From contig NC_020304.1 of NCBI RefSeq assembly GCF_000341395.1, positions 180,001-212,000 of the forward strand: 32,000 nucleotides of DNA, given 5' to 3'. Source of the stretch: Desulfocapsa sulfexigens DSM 10523. Its GTDB lineage: Bacteria > Desulfobacterota > Desulfobulbia > Desulfobulbales > Desulfocapsaceae. Under the pieces are notes generated by a model. It ran no database searches. It was not told the DNA's origin and was given only the letters and a program-made list of their open reading frames with translations. Made by a program: the position numbers and the translations under genes. Positions within the stretch are counted from its first letter, which is position 1. Every line of letters starts with the position of its first letter. Shown here piece by piece: positions 18,898 to 28,035 of this stretch.

Positions 18898-19839
18898 ATG
18901 ACAGCAGACGAAGAAAAAAGAGAGCTACAACTCCTTAATATTAAGAAGAAGCTGTCTCTTTATTTCCCCGAAGACAGCTATTCTTTCACGAAACAGGCCA
19001 TTGAAGACGGGATAGCTTCGGGCGAATTTATGACCACTGTTGCGGATATCCTGCCCTATGTCCAGACAGCACTGTTTGACAATAAAATTCTCGAGGTGGA
19101 AATTGACGGCACCACCAGAATATATTTCAGCAGGATCCACGATGATACCCCAGATCCGGAAGAGGTGGTGAACGAATTGGGGGAAGTAGAACTGCAACAG
19201 CTTGATTATGTGGCAGGAGACTACCTGAAATTATTAAACCATATCATTTGCCTGCCTCTCGAACCTGGCATGGGAAACCTTCATATTCGTAATTCCCAAA
19301 GAGTGATGATTCGTTTTTTCACAACCACCAGCGCCATCGAACTCGGAACATTTTTTCAGGATCTGGCACTCGTTCAGGATCTCCCTGTTCTACGCCTCTC
19401 TTTTCCGGTAATTGGCAGACAAGTTCAGGGAGCAAGAGCTTTTCGGGCCAAGGTGCCTGCGAGCATGGGATTTACCCTTCTTGTCAAGGGGAAGAAGAAA
19501 CACCGTCCCGATATAAAAACGGTCCCCATCGATATCAGTAGTGAAGGACTCTCCTTTGAGGTTCAAAAAGAAGAACAGCTACTGTTCCGCGAAGACGAGA
19601 TCTGTAATATTCGGTTTTTCCTCCTCGGCGATATGCATGTGAAGGTCAATGCGACCATTCGCCATATCTCCAAGATTCGCAATAAAAAAGGTATCCAGTA
19701 TTGCTGTGGCGTACAGTTTGACCTTTCCACCCGCTCTCTGGCTGCGTCCATAGAGGCGTTTGTTGCAACTGTGCAACGTGCCCATTTGAAAGAACTTTCG
19801 GAAAAATCTGAAGAAAGCGGTATTACCCTTATTCGTTAG
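18898..19839 (+). CDS. PilZ domain-containing protein
   Basis: C-terminal region KTVPIDISSEGLSF...CCGVQFD resembles PilZ. It starts 32 nt after the channel gene. Confidence 0.65.
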   Translation: MTADEEKRELQLLNIKKKLSLYFPEDSYSFTKQAIEDGIASGEFMTTVADILPYVQTALFDNKILEVEIDGTTRIYFSRIHDDTPDPEEVVNELGEVELQQLDYVAGDYLKLLNHIICLPLEPGMGNLHIRNSQRVMIRFFTTTSAIELGTFFQDLALVQDLPVLRLSFPVIGRQVQGARAFRAKVPASMGFTLLVKGKKKHRPDIKTVPIDISSEGLSFEVQKEEQLLFREDEICNIRFFLLGDMHVKVNATIRHISKIRNKKGIQYCCGVQFDLSTRSLAASIEAFVATVQRAHLKELSEKSEESGITLIR

Positions 19840-19841
19840 TA

Positions 19842-20480
19842 CTACGGAGCCAGCCGCTCCGCATTCCACCCCCCGCCATCGGCAGGTACATAGAGAAACC
19901 TGTCATGGAGGCGATTTTCCCGTCCCTGCCAGAACTCAACCGAGGATGGCACAACCCGATATCCTCCCCAGAATGATGGCAATGGAACATCGCCTCTGGA
20001 GAACTTATTTTTCATCTCCTGAAACTTTTGCATTAGAAGCTTACGTGATGAAATAATACTGCTCTGATTGGAGACCCAGGCAGCAATCTGCGAATCACGG
20101 GGCCTACTCATAAAGTATCTGGCCGATTCCGTGGTAGTGACAGGGCTTGCCGTACCCGCAATACTTATCTGCCGCTCCAGTTCAAGCCAGACAAAGTGAA
20201 GATTCACCCTGGGGTTCCCCTTAATCTCACGTGCTTTACGACTTTCTTTATTGGTAAAAAAAACAAATCCACCGTCATCGTAATACTTCAACAGGACAGT
20301 CCGCTGGCTGGGCTGCCCATCGGGACTCACGGTGGACAGGATCATGGCGTTGGGATCAGGGATATCGGTGTCTTTTGCCTGATTAAACCAGAGGTTAAAC
20401 TGCTCGACAGGACTGGGAAGCAGATCACCGTGCTCCAGCCCGCCCTTTAAATATTCGTGACGAAAATGACTGATATCCAC
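19842..20480 (-). CDS. pdxH: Pyridoxamine 5'-phosphate oxidase
   Basis: PNAMILSTVSPDGQPSQRTVLLKYYDDGGFVFFTN, SRPRDSQIAAWVSNQSS and C-terminal ENRLHDRFLY...WNAERLAP. Confidence 0.96.
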   Translation of the reverse strand: MDISHFRHEYLKGGLEHGDLLPSPVEQFNLWFNQAKDTDIPDPNAMILSTVSPDGQPSQRTVLLKYYDDGGFVFFTNKESRKAREIKGNPRVNLHFVWLELERQISIAGTASPVTTTESARYFMSRPRDSQIAAWVSNQSSIISSRKLLMQKFQEMKNKFSRGDVPLPSFWGGYRVVPSSVEFWQGRENRLHDRFLYVPADGGGWNAERLAP

Positions 20481-20488
20481 TTGTTCTC

Positions 20489-21034
20489 TTATCCCCGATT
20501 ACCGTATCGTTCAAAACTTACTCGATCTTTTAAGAGCGAGGAATCGGGATGGCCATTGCTCTCTTTCTCCGGATAACCTATGGCAACGACAGCCTCAACC
20601 ACCATTCCCTCCTTCAGGCCAAGGGTTTCGGCAACATAGGCTTCGGCACTTCTTTGATTGTCATGCTCACGCAAACGTATCTGTACCCAGCAACTGCCAA
20701 GCCCAAGATCCGTTGCCTCCAGATGCAGAAGCAATGTTGCGATGGAACAGTCCTCAACCCACACATCACACTTGTCGGGATCGGCACAGACAGCAATGGC
20801 AAGGGAGGCATTCTTCATAAATGCAGAACCGTGAACCTTTGCCTTTGCTAAAGCCTCAATGGTGTTTTTGTCCTGAACGACAATAAATTCCCAGGGATAC
20901 AAGCTTCTCGACGATGGAGCCCGTAGCATGGCTTCGATAAGTAGATCCACCTTATCCTGTTCAATAGCCTTATCCTGAAACTGACGCACAGACCTGCGTT
21001 TTCTCAAAAGTTCAATAAACATATTTTTTCTCAC
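20489..21034 (-). CDS. Nitroreductase family protein
   Basis: RRSVRQFQDKAIEQDKVDLLIEAMLRAPSSRSLYPWEFIVV and GLKEGMVVEAVVAIGYP. Confidence 0.92.
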   Translation of the reverse strand: MRKNMFIELLRKRRSVRQFQDKAIEQDKVDLLIEAMLRAPSSRSLYPWEFIVVQDKNTIEALAKAKVHGSAFMKNASLAIAVCADPDKCDVWVEDCSIATLLLHLEATDLGLGSCWVQIRLREHDNQRSAEAYVAETLGLKEGMVVEAVVAIGYPEKESNGHPDSSLLKDRVSFERYGNRG

Positions 21035-21744
21035 TTAAAATTTCTTAAAACCATATCGGTATCACGCCATTCTGGAAGGAGCCTGTCCATATGGCCATAA
21101 AACTCTTTATTATGATCGCGCTCAAGCAGATGTACCAGTTCATGGACGACTATCAACTCCAGACACGCATCAGGCTTTTTGGCAAGTTCCAGATTCAACC
21201 AGAGGCGGCCTGCCATGACATTGCACGTCCCCCATCGGGTTTTCATCTTCTTTATTCGAAATTCCTTTGCCCGTCGCCCGACCTGCGGCTGCCATTTCGC
21301 AAGTAAGGCAGGAATACGACGTTTCAGCTCCTCACGATACCAGGTTTCAAGCACAGTCAATCTCATTTTACTTGTTGTCCCGGGACGGATATGGAGAGTA
21401 ATCCCGACCAGCGAATCAAAGCTGACGTAATGACGTGCACTGTTTTCCACCACAGTGAGTGGATATTTTCCCCCGAAAAAAGGATGCATTTCACCAGTGA
21501 CAGCCTTCAAAACGATTGCTACTGGACGTGTCCTGAAATGCTCGCGTTGCTTTTGAATCCAAGGAATTCGATTCGTGACAGCCTGTCGCAAACGTTTATC
21601 AGAGGTTCGATGAGGCACCGAGATACGTACCCGACCATCGGGAGCATATACCGCCAGATTGATGTTTTTAACGGATTTTCGCCAGACCTCCACAGGAAGA
21701 TCGTTGATCACAATATATTCTTTATTCAAACGCTTCTCTTCCAC
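21031..21744 (-). CDS. YgjP-like M48-type metallopeptidase (DUF45)
   Basis: TRWGTCNVMAGRLWLNLELAKKPDACLELIVVHELVHLLERDHNKEFY carries HExxH plus a downstream His. ATGA-type overlap with the nitroreductase gene. Confidence 0.9.
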   Translation of the reverse strand: MEEKRLNKEYIVINDLPVEVWRKSVKNINLAVYAPDGRVRISVPHRTSDKRLRQAVTNRIPWIQKQREHFRTRPVAIVLKAVTGEMHPFFGGKYPLTVVENSARHYVSFDSLVGITLHIRPGTTSKMRLTVLETWYREELKRRIPALLAKWQPQVGRRAKEFRIKKMKTRWGTCNVMAGRLWLNLELAKKPDACLELIVVHELVHLLERDHNKEFYGHMDRLLPEWRDTDMVLRNFK

Positions 21745-21813
21745 AAAAACAACTAAAGAGTACGGGACGACTTAAATCCAGCCAGACGCCATACCACTAA
21801 CAAAGACAACAGA

Positions 21814-22281
21814 CTACATTGATTCGCAATGCCCATGGCAATCACGATTAATATATCCTGGAGGACATGGCTGATTATACCGGTAATCCCAGTTTGTACA
21901 ATCATTCTGGTAGACTGACTGACACCCCCCCCTGCAGTCACCGTTAACAGTTCCGGGAGGGCAGGGTGCGTTGGCTTCGAAATCCCAGTTACTACAGTCA
22001 TATTGCGGAACATCAGGTGGGGGGCCAACTTGGGTATTACATAGTCTTGGGCCCGGACATGTCTTAAATCTGTTCCCAGTGGTGTCGTCACAGAGTGTTT
22101 CGTAGACCTTTCCAGGCTGGCAAACCCCTTGATGTGAATCAAGTCCGAGGACGCGACATGGAGCTCCCCGCCCAGCATAATTGCTGGGTAACACCTGCCA
22201 TGGTCCTGGACAATCTGCGGCTTGAGCAGTTGAGGAGAAAACGAAAAGACTGGTAGTGAATAACAAATACTTTCTTAGTTG
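21814..22281 (-). CDS. Small secreted Cys-rich protein with two tandem C-terminal repeats, unknown function
   Basis: Signal peptide MQLRKYLLFTTSLFVFSSTAQA. Repeats YDCSNWDFEANAPCPPGTVNGDCRGGCQSV and NDCTNWDYRYNQPCPPGYINRDCHGHCESM. Confidence 0.7.
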   Translation of the reverse strand, partial: QLRKYLLFTTSLFVFSSTAQAADCPGPWQVLPSNYAGRGAPCRVLGLDSHQGVCQPGKVYETLCDDTTGNRFKTCPGPRLCNTQVGPPPDVPQYDCSNWDFEANAPCPPGTVNGDCRGGCQSVYQNDCTNWDYRYNQPCPPGYINRDCHGHCESM

Positions 22282-22450
22282 CATGCCACACTCCATTTCG
22301 TAGATATTTTCAACTCACCCCTAATAACAGGTATTTCCATTACTGAACAAATACAATTAGCACCAATTATTGTTAAATGAAAGAGAAATATTGGAATCAT
22401 ATTACAGAGAAGTAAACCGAGGGTGAGCTTCAAATTGTACTATCCAAACT

Positions 22451-22660
22451 CTAACAACAGGGACCTTCTATACCCAGAAAATCATTAATGATTCCACGAA
22501 CACAGCCCTCACCTGCTTCCACAGCAATTGCACCCGTCGGACAGTTTCGCATGCAGGCTCCGCACTCCATACATACATTACGGGCAGCTATTACAGCTTT
22601 TTTTTACTTCCATTTGAAAAACACCATTGCCACAGCTCCAATCCCAGAAGGTCTCGCAAT
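22451..22660 (-). pseudogene. Decayed dicluster 4Fe-4S ferredoxin resembling HgcB
   Basis: Intact 50-codon frame after a stop: KKAVIAARNVCMECGACMRNCPTGAIAVEAGEGCVRGIINDFLGIEGPCC*. Upstream homologous-looking GNGVFQMEVKK lies in another frame across an A8 tract. The first Cys cluster is degenerate (CETFWDWSCGNGVF). Confidence 0.6.
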
Positions 22661-22691
22661 ATCCTTCGATCCACTATGCAGTAAACCGTGC

Positions 22692-23507
22692 CTAGCACAT
22701 TCCCTGGCTGGCCAGAAGCATATGGCCTTTCTCAGCCTCGGCCAGAGTGATGAACGATGTCTCCAACTCCGTCCCCTGAAGGCGCAAAGCAACGGAACGA
22801 TATAAGTCATAGGCTGCATGTTCTATTTCCAGAACAATTTCAAGGAGCCGGGCTTCGAAATTATCTTCAATTTTGTGAAGCTTCTCAAGGTGTTCTGCTA
22901 CGGGTTTTCCTCCTTCAACGATATCGCCGGGAAGAGAGGCGTACAGTTCCTCAAAGGGAGGGATAGTCTCTCCGGTTTTGGCCCACATGGAATAGATCAA
23001 ACGCGCATGGCCAGTCTCTGCCTGACCAAGTACTTCGATGGTTCTGCGATAGGGAACATCACCAATATCCTGCAACACTGCCTGATAAAATTTTTCGGCT
23101 CCCCGCTCAAGATTCATGGCAGTTCTGAATAACACAGAAAGATCTGCGTCAAAATCAAAAACCTGTAAAACAGGATAGTCGGGAACAGTTCTGTCGGTGA
23201 AGGAAATAATGCCACCCTCAAGATTGTAAATTTTTTTCTGGAAAAATGGAACCGAGGTGGCAAAAAGCGCTGCGGTACGGGAACGTTTACCGCTATGGCA
23301 ATAAAAAATAATATCCTTATCAGCTGGAAGCTCGGTCAGGCGGGCATTGATTTCTGCAAGAGGCAGAAGGACACAGCCGGGAATATGCTCCTCTTCATAT
23401 TCTTCGGGAAAGCGGACATCAACAACAAGATATTCACTTTCGGCCTTCTCTTTCCGAAATTTGCGAAAAGCCTCCATATTCATTTCATAGTAATCATCAA
23501 GTTGCAT
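22692..23507 (-). CDS. Rhodanese domain fused to ferritin-like (rubrerythrin-type) domain
   Basis: N-terminal VVDVRFPEEYEEEHIPGCVLLPL...DIIFYCHSGKRSRTAA (rhodanese Cys loop). C-terminal ferritin-like helices with NLERGAEKFY and GHARLIYSMW. Confidence 0.87.
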   Translation of the reverse strand: MQLDDYYEMNMEAFRKFRKEKAESEYLVVDVRFPEEYEEEHIPGCVLLPLAEINARLTELPADKDIIFYCHSGKRSRTAALFATSVPFFQKKIYNLEGGIISFTDRTVPDYPVLQVFDFDADLSVLFRTAMNLERGAEKFYQAVLQDIGDVPYRRTIEVLGQAETGHARLIYSMWAKTGETIPPFEELYASLPGDIVEGGKPVAEHLEKLHKIEDNFEARLLEIVLEIEHAAYDLYRSVALRLQGTELETSFITLAEAEKGHMLLASQGMC

Positions 23508-23521
23508 AACGTTTTTCTCTC

Positions 23522-23815
23522 TTTAATTTGTTTATCGGCGTGTATACCGAGTCACAGGACAAAGCTTTCCCCTCCTTGCCAAGATACGCCTTCACAATAC
23601 TTTCATCCTGCCACAGGGTTGCCGCATCACACTTGATTACGATCTTTCCGGTTTCCAAAACATAGCCATGGCTTGCCAGCTGAAGGGCGCCCCTGGCATT
23701 TTTCCACCAGCAGGATAGTCACCTCTTCCTTATTCAGACAGACAAAAATAGGCATGATCTCCTTGACCAGAAATGGAGCAAATACAAGAATTGGGCTGAT
23801 AGTAACCATACCCTT
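23522..23815 (-). pseudogene. Frameshifted C-terminal remnant of a LivF-type branched-chain amino-acid ABC ATPase
   Basis: One frame reads ISPILVFAPFLVKEIMPIFVCLNKEEVTILLVEKC. After a frame change it reads RGALQLASHGYVLETGKIVIKCDAATLWQDESIVKAYLGKEG, matching LivF ...VTILLVEQNARxALxLAxRGYVLETGKIxLxG...VxKAYLG. Walker A and the signature motif are missing. Confidence 0.7.
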
Positions 23816-23889
23816 GCAAAAGTGATACTGCTACGAAAAATCGCCCCCCCACTCACTATCAAAAGAGTCTACTCAGGCTACAACATTAT

Positions 23890-24147
23890 CTACTGAGAGC
23901 TGTTTTTTTGGATCCTTTGCCCTTTGCCTTGACCACGCCCCTTGCCACCCCTTTCTCCAGTAGCCTTTTGCTGTCGTTCCCGGGATCTGTTGGACTCTTG
24001 TTCAGTGATTGTACCATCGCCGTCAACATCATATTTTTTCTGGAACAGAGAACCTTTAGCGGATACGTTTTCTCCTGGAATCAGGACAGCAATCATACCG
24101 AATGTTCCGAGTACTACCGTAGCAATTAGAACTTTAGTGTATCCCAT
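23890..24147 (-). CDS. Small secreted single-EF-hand protein
   Basis: 85 aa with an N-terminal hydrophobic/signal segment and canonical loop DVDGDGTITEQE, followed by a Gly/Lys/Arg-rich tail. Confidence 0.6.
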   Translation of the reverse strand: MGYTKVLIATVVLGTFGMIAVLIPGENVSAKGSLFQKKYDVDGDGTITEQESNRSRERQQKATGERGGKGRGQGKGQRIQKNSSQ

Positions 24148-24559
24148 AGAATACTGTCCCCTGTTTATATTTTACAACCTCTAAGTTTTTTCTTTGGGGG
24201 GGGACACATATAACAACAGCCAAAACGAATAATAGCAGTGATTTCTGGAATTTTGCTCAACAACGAAGCATATTTCACCGAAAGGCAAGGCACCAATAAA
24301 ATCGAGATCAAACTGCAGTAAACACCCCACTTACAGTCATCCCTTTCATACACCATTTCATATCTCGTAAAAATTCCCTGAAACCGGTTAAATTGTTTGA
24401 CTTTTGAAATGCACAGGCATATCCTTCAAACACCACAACGTATCCGCACGGAGAATATAATTAGAGACCGACTGTTAATCAGATTTCCCCATTCTCCATG
24501 CTGTTTTTTTGTACTATTATTTTTTATTCATCCCACTCAACCACATTATATAAACGATT

Positions 24560-26794
24560 ATGAAATGGTCTAACCTTAAACTTTCGGCAAAGTTTGGTCT
24601 TATTTTTGGCAGCGCTTTTATTTCTTTTATCCTGGTCCTTCTTTTTTACCAGCGTACTGTCACCCAAACAACGGGAGGATTCAAGGATCTTATTACTACT
24701 GAAGTTGCCATTGCTTCCCATGCAACTGCAATTAATGGAAGTATGCAGCAGGCGCGACGGCTTGAAAAAGAATTCCTGCTCAGCAAGGATTTACTCTATA
24801 AAGAAAATCTGCTGGAAACCCTTAAGGGGCTGAAAGACGAGGCAGCTAGAATAAAAGATCTGGCTCGAGACACAGAAAGCAATACCGCTACTCTCGCTAC
24901 TGAAATCCTAAGCCAGGTGACCATTTATCAACAGGCCTTCGAGAAACTGGTTTCCTCCCAAATGACAAACGGTCTCGACAGCAACTCTGGCCTGCAGGGA
25001 GAGTTTAAAGCATTAGCTCTGCAGGTTGCCAAAAATCTGAAAAAGCATCAGGTGAGTGATTCCTACCTTGCCCTTTTGCAGATGCGCCGTTTTGAAAAGG
25101 AATATGTCCGTACCAAATCGGAACGTCATATGGCAAAGTTACTGGAATCCATTGATACTTACGAAACGTCACTAGACACCCTTGAAGATGAAGAGGATTT
25201 GTATGATGACCAGATTGAAAAGCTCTCTGCCTATCAGGAAGCTGTAAACAACTACGCACAATCACCAGACGAATCCACACTGAGAGAACTGCAGACCACG
25301 GCGGTGGATTTGGAGGCAGGCTTGAATCATCTCTATGTTCCAAATGCCAGGATTCAACTTCTCCTCCTGAGACTGACCGAAAAAAATTACATCATCACTC
25401 GAATGAAAAAATACGGTGTAGCCACTCTTGAAGCCGCAGAAACCATTCAAGACATCTTTGATGAATCCAATGCGGATCCTAAGTATATCGAAATCATTAA
25501 CGCTGATCTCACAGCCTACAGTGAAACTTTCTCTGCCTTGATGGCCAATGATGTACAGATAGTCGAAGCACTGCTAGTGATGAGTGGAGCCGCAAAAAAA
25601 GTGGAACCACTGGTAGCTGAGATCATGGATCAAGCCAACCAGGGAAAAGAAGCACAAATCACCAGCACTTCTGCTAAAGCCCAGAAAATGGGCATGCTTG
25701 CCATAAGCATTGGCCTCTGCGTAGTCCTGATATCAGGTATTTTCACATTTTTCACCATCCGTTCGATTGTTGCCGAATTGAAGCGTGGTGTTGATTTTGC
25801 GAAACAAATGTCTTTAGGGGACTTCACCACCACTCTCACGATCAATCGTCGTGACGAGATCGGAACCCTCGGTGAAGCGTTGAACAACATGGTTTCCGGT
25901 ATTCGTGAGATGTTTACAGAAATCTCCCAGGGAGTGGCTCACCTGTCTTCCTCTTCAGATGAGTTATCCACTATTTCTCATCAAATGTCTGACGGCGCAG
26001 AACTCTCTTCCCAGAAGTCAAATAGCGTTGCAGCTGCTGCTGAAGAGATGAGTGTCAATATGGATTCGGTAACACTGGCTAGTGAAAATGCCACCAACAA
26101 TGTCAATATGATTGCTGCTGCCGTAGAAGAAATGAATGTTACGGCTCAGGATATAGCCCGTCAGACCGAAAAAGGTCAGAAAATCTCGCACGATGCGACA
26201 AAACGCATCAATATCTCCTCCGGGATGATAGAACAACTGGGTCAGGACATTTTCGAAATCAACAAGGTCACCGAAGCTATTAATGAAATTTCTGATCAAA
26301 CAAATCTACTCGCCCTGAATGCTACAATCGAAGCTGCGAGAGCAGGTGATGCCGGAAAGGGTTTTGCCGTAGTGGCCAATGAAATCAAAGAGCTGGCCAA
26401 ACAGACCTCTGCCGCCACCCAGGAAATCAAACAGCACATAGAAAGCATTCAAGGTTCTACAGGAAAAACTGTGGATGAAATAAAGGGAGTTGCAGCCGTT
26501 GTGGCAGAAGTTGATACAATCGTTTCTAGCATTGCCCTTTCCATGGAGGAACAGACAGCCACCAATCAGGAAGTTGCAGGTAATATCGCCGAGGTATCGG
26601 AAGGAATGGTGGAGGTCAATGAAAACGTAGGCCAAAGTTCGTTGGTGGCAGGGGAAACCGCAAAAGACATTGCCGAGGTTAGCCGAATAGCCCAGGAAAT
26701 CATGGCCAACGGAAACAAAGTGAATCTCAGCGCTGGTGACCTTGCCAGCCTGGCATCAAAACTCAAGAAACTTATGCAGCGTTATAAACTGTAG
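24560..26794 (+). CDS. Methyl-accepting chemotaxis protein
   Basis: Two TM segments, a helical periplasmic sensor domain, HAMP and a conserved hairpin tip [43 protein letters not shown]. Confidence 0.95.
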   Translation: MKWSNLKLSAKFGLIFGSAFISFILVLLFYQRTVTQTTGGFKDLITTEVAIASHATAINGSMQQARRLEKEFLLSKDLLYKENLLETLKGLKDEAARIKDLARDTESNTATLATEILSQVTIYQQAFEKLVSSQMTNGLDSNSGLQGEFKALALQVAKNLKKHQVSDSYLALLQMRRFEKEYVRTKSERHMAKLLESIDTYETSLDTLEDEEDLYDDQIEKLSAYQEAVNNYAQSPDESTLRELQTTAVDLEAGLNHLYVPNARIQLLLLRLTEKNYIITRMKKYGVATLEAAETIQDIFDESNADPKYIEIINADLTAYSETFSALMANDVQIVEALLVMSGAAKKVEPLVAEIMDQANQGKEAQITSTSAKAQKMGMLAISIGLCVVLISGIFTFFTIRSIVAELKRGVDFAKQMSLGDFTTTLTINRRDEIGTLGEALNNMVSGIREMFTEISQGVAHLSSSSDELSTISHQMSDGAELSSQKSNSVAAAAEEMSVNMDSVTLASENATNNVNMIAAAVEEMNVTAQDIARQTEKGQKISHDATKRINISSGMIEQLGQDIFEINKVTEAINEISDQTNLLALNATIEAARAGDAGKGFAVVANEIKELAKQTSAATQEIKQHIESIQGSTGKTVDEIKGVAAVVAEVDTIVSSIALSMEEQTATNQEVAGNIAEVSEGMVEVNENVGQSSLVAGETAKDIAEVSRIAQEIMANGNKVNLSAGDLASLASKLKKLMQRYKL

Positions 26795-26808
26795 AGAGTG
26801 GCGAAGGG

Positions 26809-26850
26809 AAAAAAACGGGTTCCTGCAAAACTGCAGAGACCCGTTTTTTT
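26809..26850 (+). terminator. Rho-independent terminator of the MCP gene
   Basis: Perfect 12-bp stem AAAAAAACGGGT / ACCCGTTTTTTT (26809-26820 / 26839-26850), inner CTGCA/TGCAG hairpin and a U-tract, 14 nt after the MCP stop. Confidence 0.88.
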
Positions 26851-26875
26851 ATTGATTCTACCAGGCCAGATTGCC

Positions 26876-27160
26876 ATGAGCCTGAACTACGGCTGGCTAC
26901 CGCTGATCTATGTTGGTCTTTTTGAGATGAGTATTACCTTTGCCCTCTGGCTGACAGCCCTGCAATTGGCCGCTTCGGCAGCCAGAATAGGAATTCTTAT
27001 CTATATAACCCCGTTTTTTTCTCTTCTAATCCTGAAAACCGTTGTGGAAGAACAGATCCATCCAGCCACTTTTATCGGAATTGCTTTGATTATCGGCAGT
27101 ATTTTATTCCAGAGCTGGCGACCAGAAGAAAGACAGCAGCACAATAAAACTTCCCTATGA
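26876..27160 (+). pseudogene. Truncated EamA/DMT transporter remnant (C-terminal third only)
   Basis: Residues NYGWLPLIYVGLFEMSITFALWLTALQL...RIGILIYITPFFSLLILKTVVEEQIHPATFIGIALIIGSILFQ resemble the end of EamA proteins. The upstream part of the called ORF only translates the terminator. Confidence 0.6.
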
Positions 27161-28035
27161 AATATTATCTCTATGCGATGGGGGCAATCCTCTGCTGGGC
27201 AAGCCTTCCGGCCGCCACCGGATCAGGACTGACAGAGCTTTCAACGGAAGAGCTGATGTTCTTCAGTTTTAGCAGTGCAGCTGTTTTCCTCTATGCACAG
27301 GACGTTCTTTTGACACGTTCTTTCACTGTTTATATTCCAAATCTGAAAGCTATTCTGCTCGGAGTCTGGGGTATTTTTATCTACCATTACATCTATTATA
27401 TGGCGCTTGGCCGCGCGCCTTTAGCCGAAGGCGCAATACTGGCCACCACATGGTCATTCTGGATAGTGGTATTTTCTTCGATAATTCTTTTTAGAAAATT
27501 GAAAATCTCCATAGTGATTACTGCTTTTGCGGGAATGATCGGGGTAGGAATTGTTATTGCATCCGGCAAGGATCTCAGCTTCAGCGGTGACTATATGCAG
27601 GGATATCAGCTTGCCCTGGCCTGTGGTCTGATCTGGTCGAGTTTTTCGGTGGCACTCGGCCATGTAAGAATACCAAGAGAGCCGATGACGTTTTTCACCA
27701 TTATAGCAGCCCTCCTTTCAGCTCTGCTCTACGTACTCACCATGCCCCACGGAGTACCGTCACCCAAAGCCATCCGTGCAGCCGTCTATCTCGGCTGTGT
27801 TCCACTGGGCTTATCCTTCTTTTTGTGGAACCGTGCGGTTACCAGGGGAAATATGGTTATAATTGGTTTTCTCAGCTACCTCACCCCGCCCCTTTCAGTT
27901 CTGCTGGTGGCCCTGATTCATGGAACAACGGTTACTTCCCAGGTTCTGCTTGGAATGGCCATTATTATCATGGCTTCAATTGGTGGCCGCTTCGCTCTTT
28001 CACACTCTGGCCGAAGAAAAAAGCCTCTCAGATAA
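27157..28035 (+). CDS. EamA family (DMT superfamily) transporter
   Basis: 292 aa with about 10 hydrophobic segments and the two-repeat EamA layout. ATGA overlap with the upstream remnant. Confidence 0.88.
   Translation: MKYYLYAMGAILCWASLPAATGSGLTELSTEELMFFSFSSAAVFLYAQDVLLTRSFTVYIPNLKAILLGVWGIFIYHYIYYMALGRAPLAEGAILATTWSFWIVVFSSIILFRKLKISIVITAFAGMIGVGIVIASGKDLSFSGDYMQGYQLALACGLIWSSFSVALGHVRIPREPMTFFTIIAALLSALLYVLTMPHGVPSPKAIRAAVYLGCVPLGLSFFLWNRAVTRGNMVIIGFLSYLTPPLSVLLVALIHGTTVTSQVLLGMAIIIMASIGGRFALSHSGRRKKPLR

Noticed and set aside
21753-22178. 141-aa ORF overlapping the Cys-rich protein gene
   Set aside because: It runs over the signal-peptide-containing repeat protein. Its translation has no signal or motif, while the alternative frame shows clear repeat conservation.
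22604-22819. 71-aa minus-strand ORF covering the end of the rhodanese-ferritin gene
   Set aside because: It overlaps a well-supported CDS in a different frame. Its downstream extension past the stop is the ferredoxin relic.
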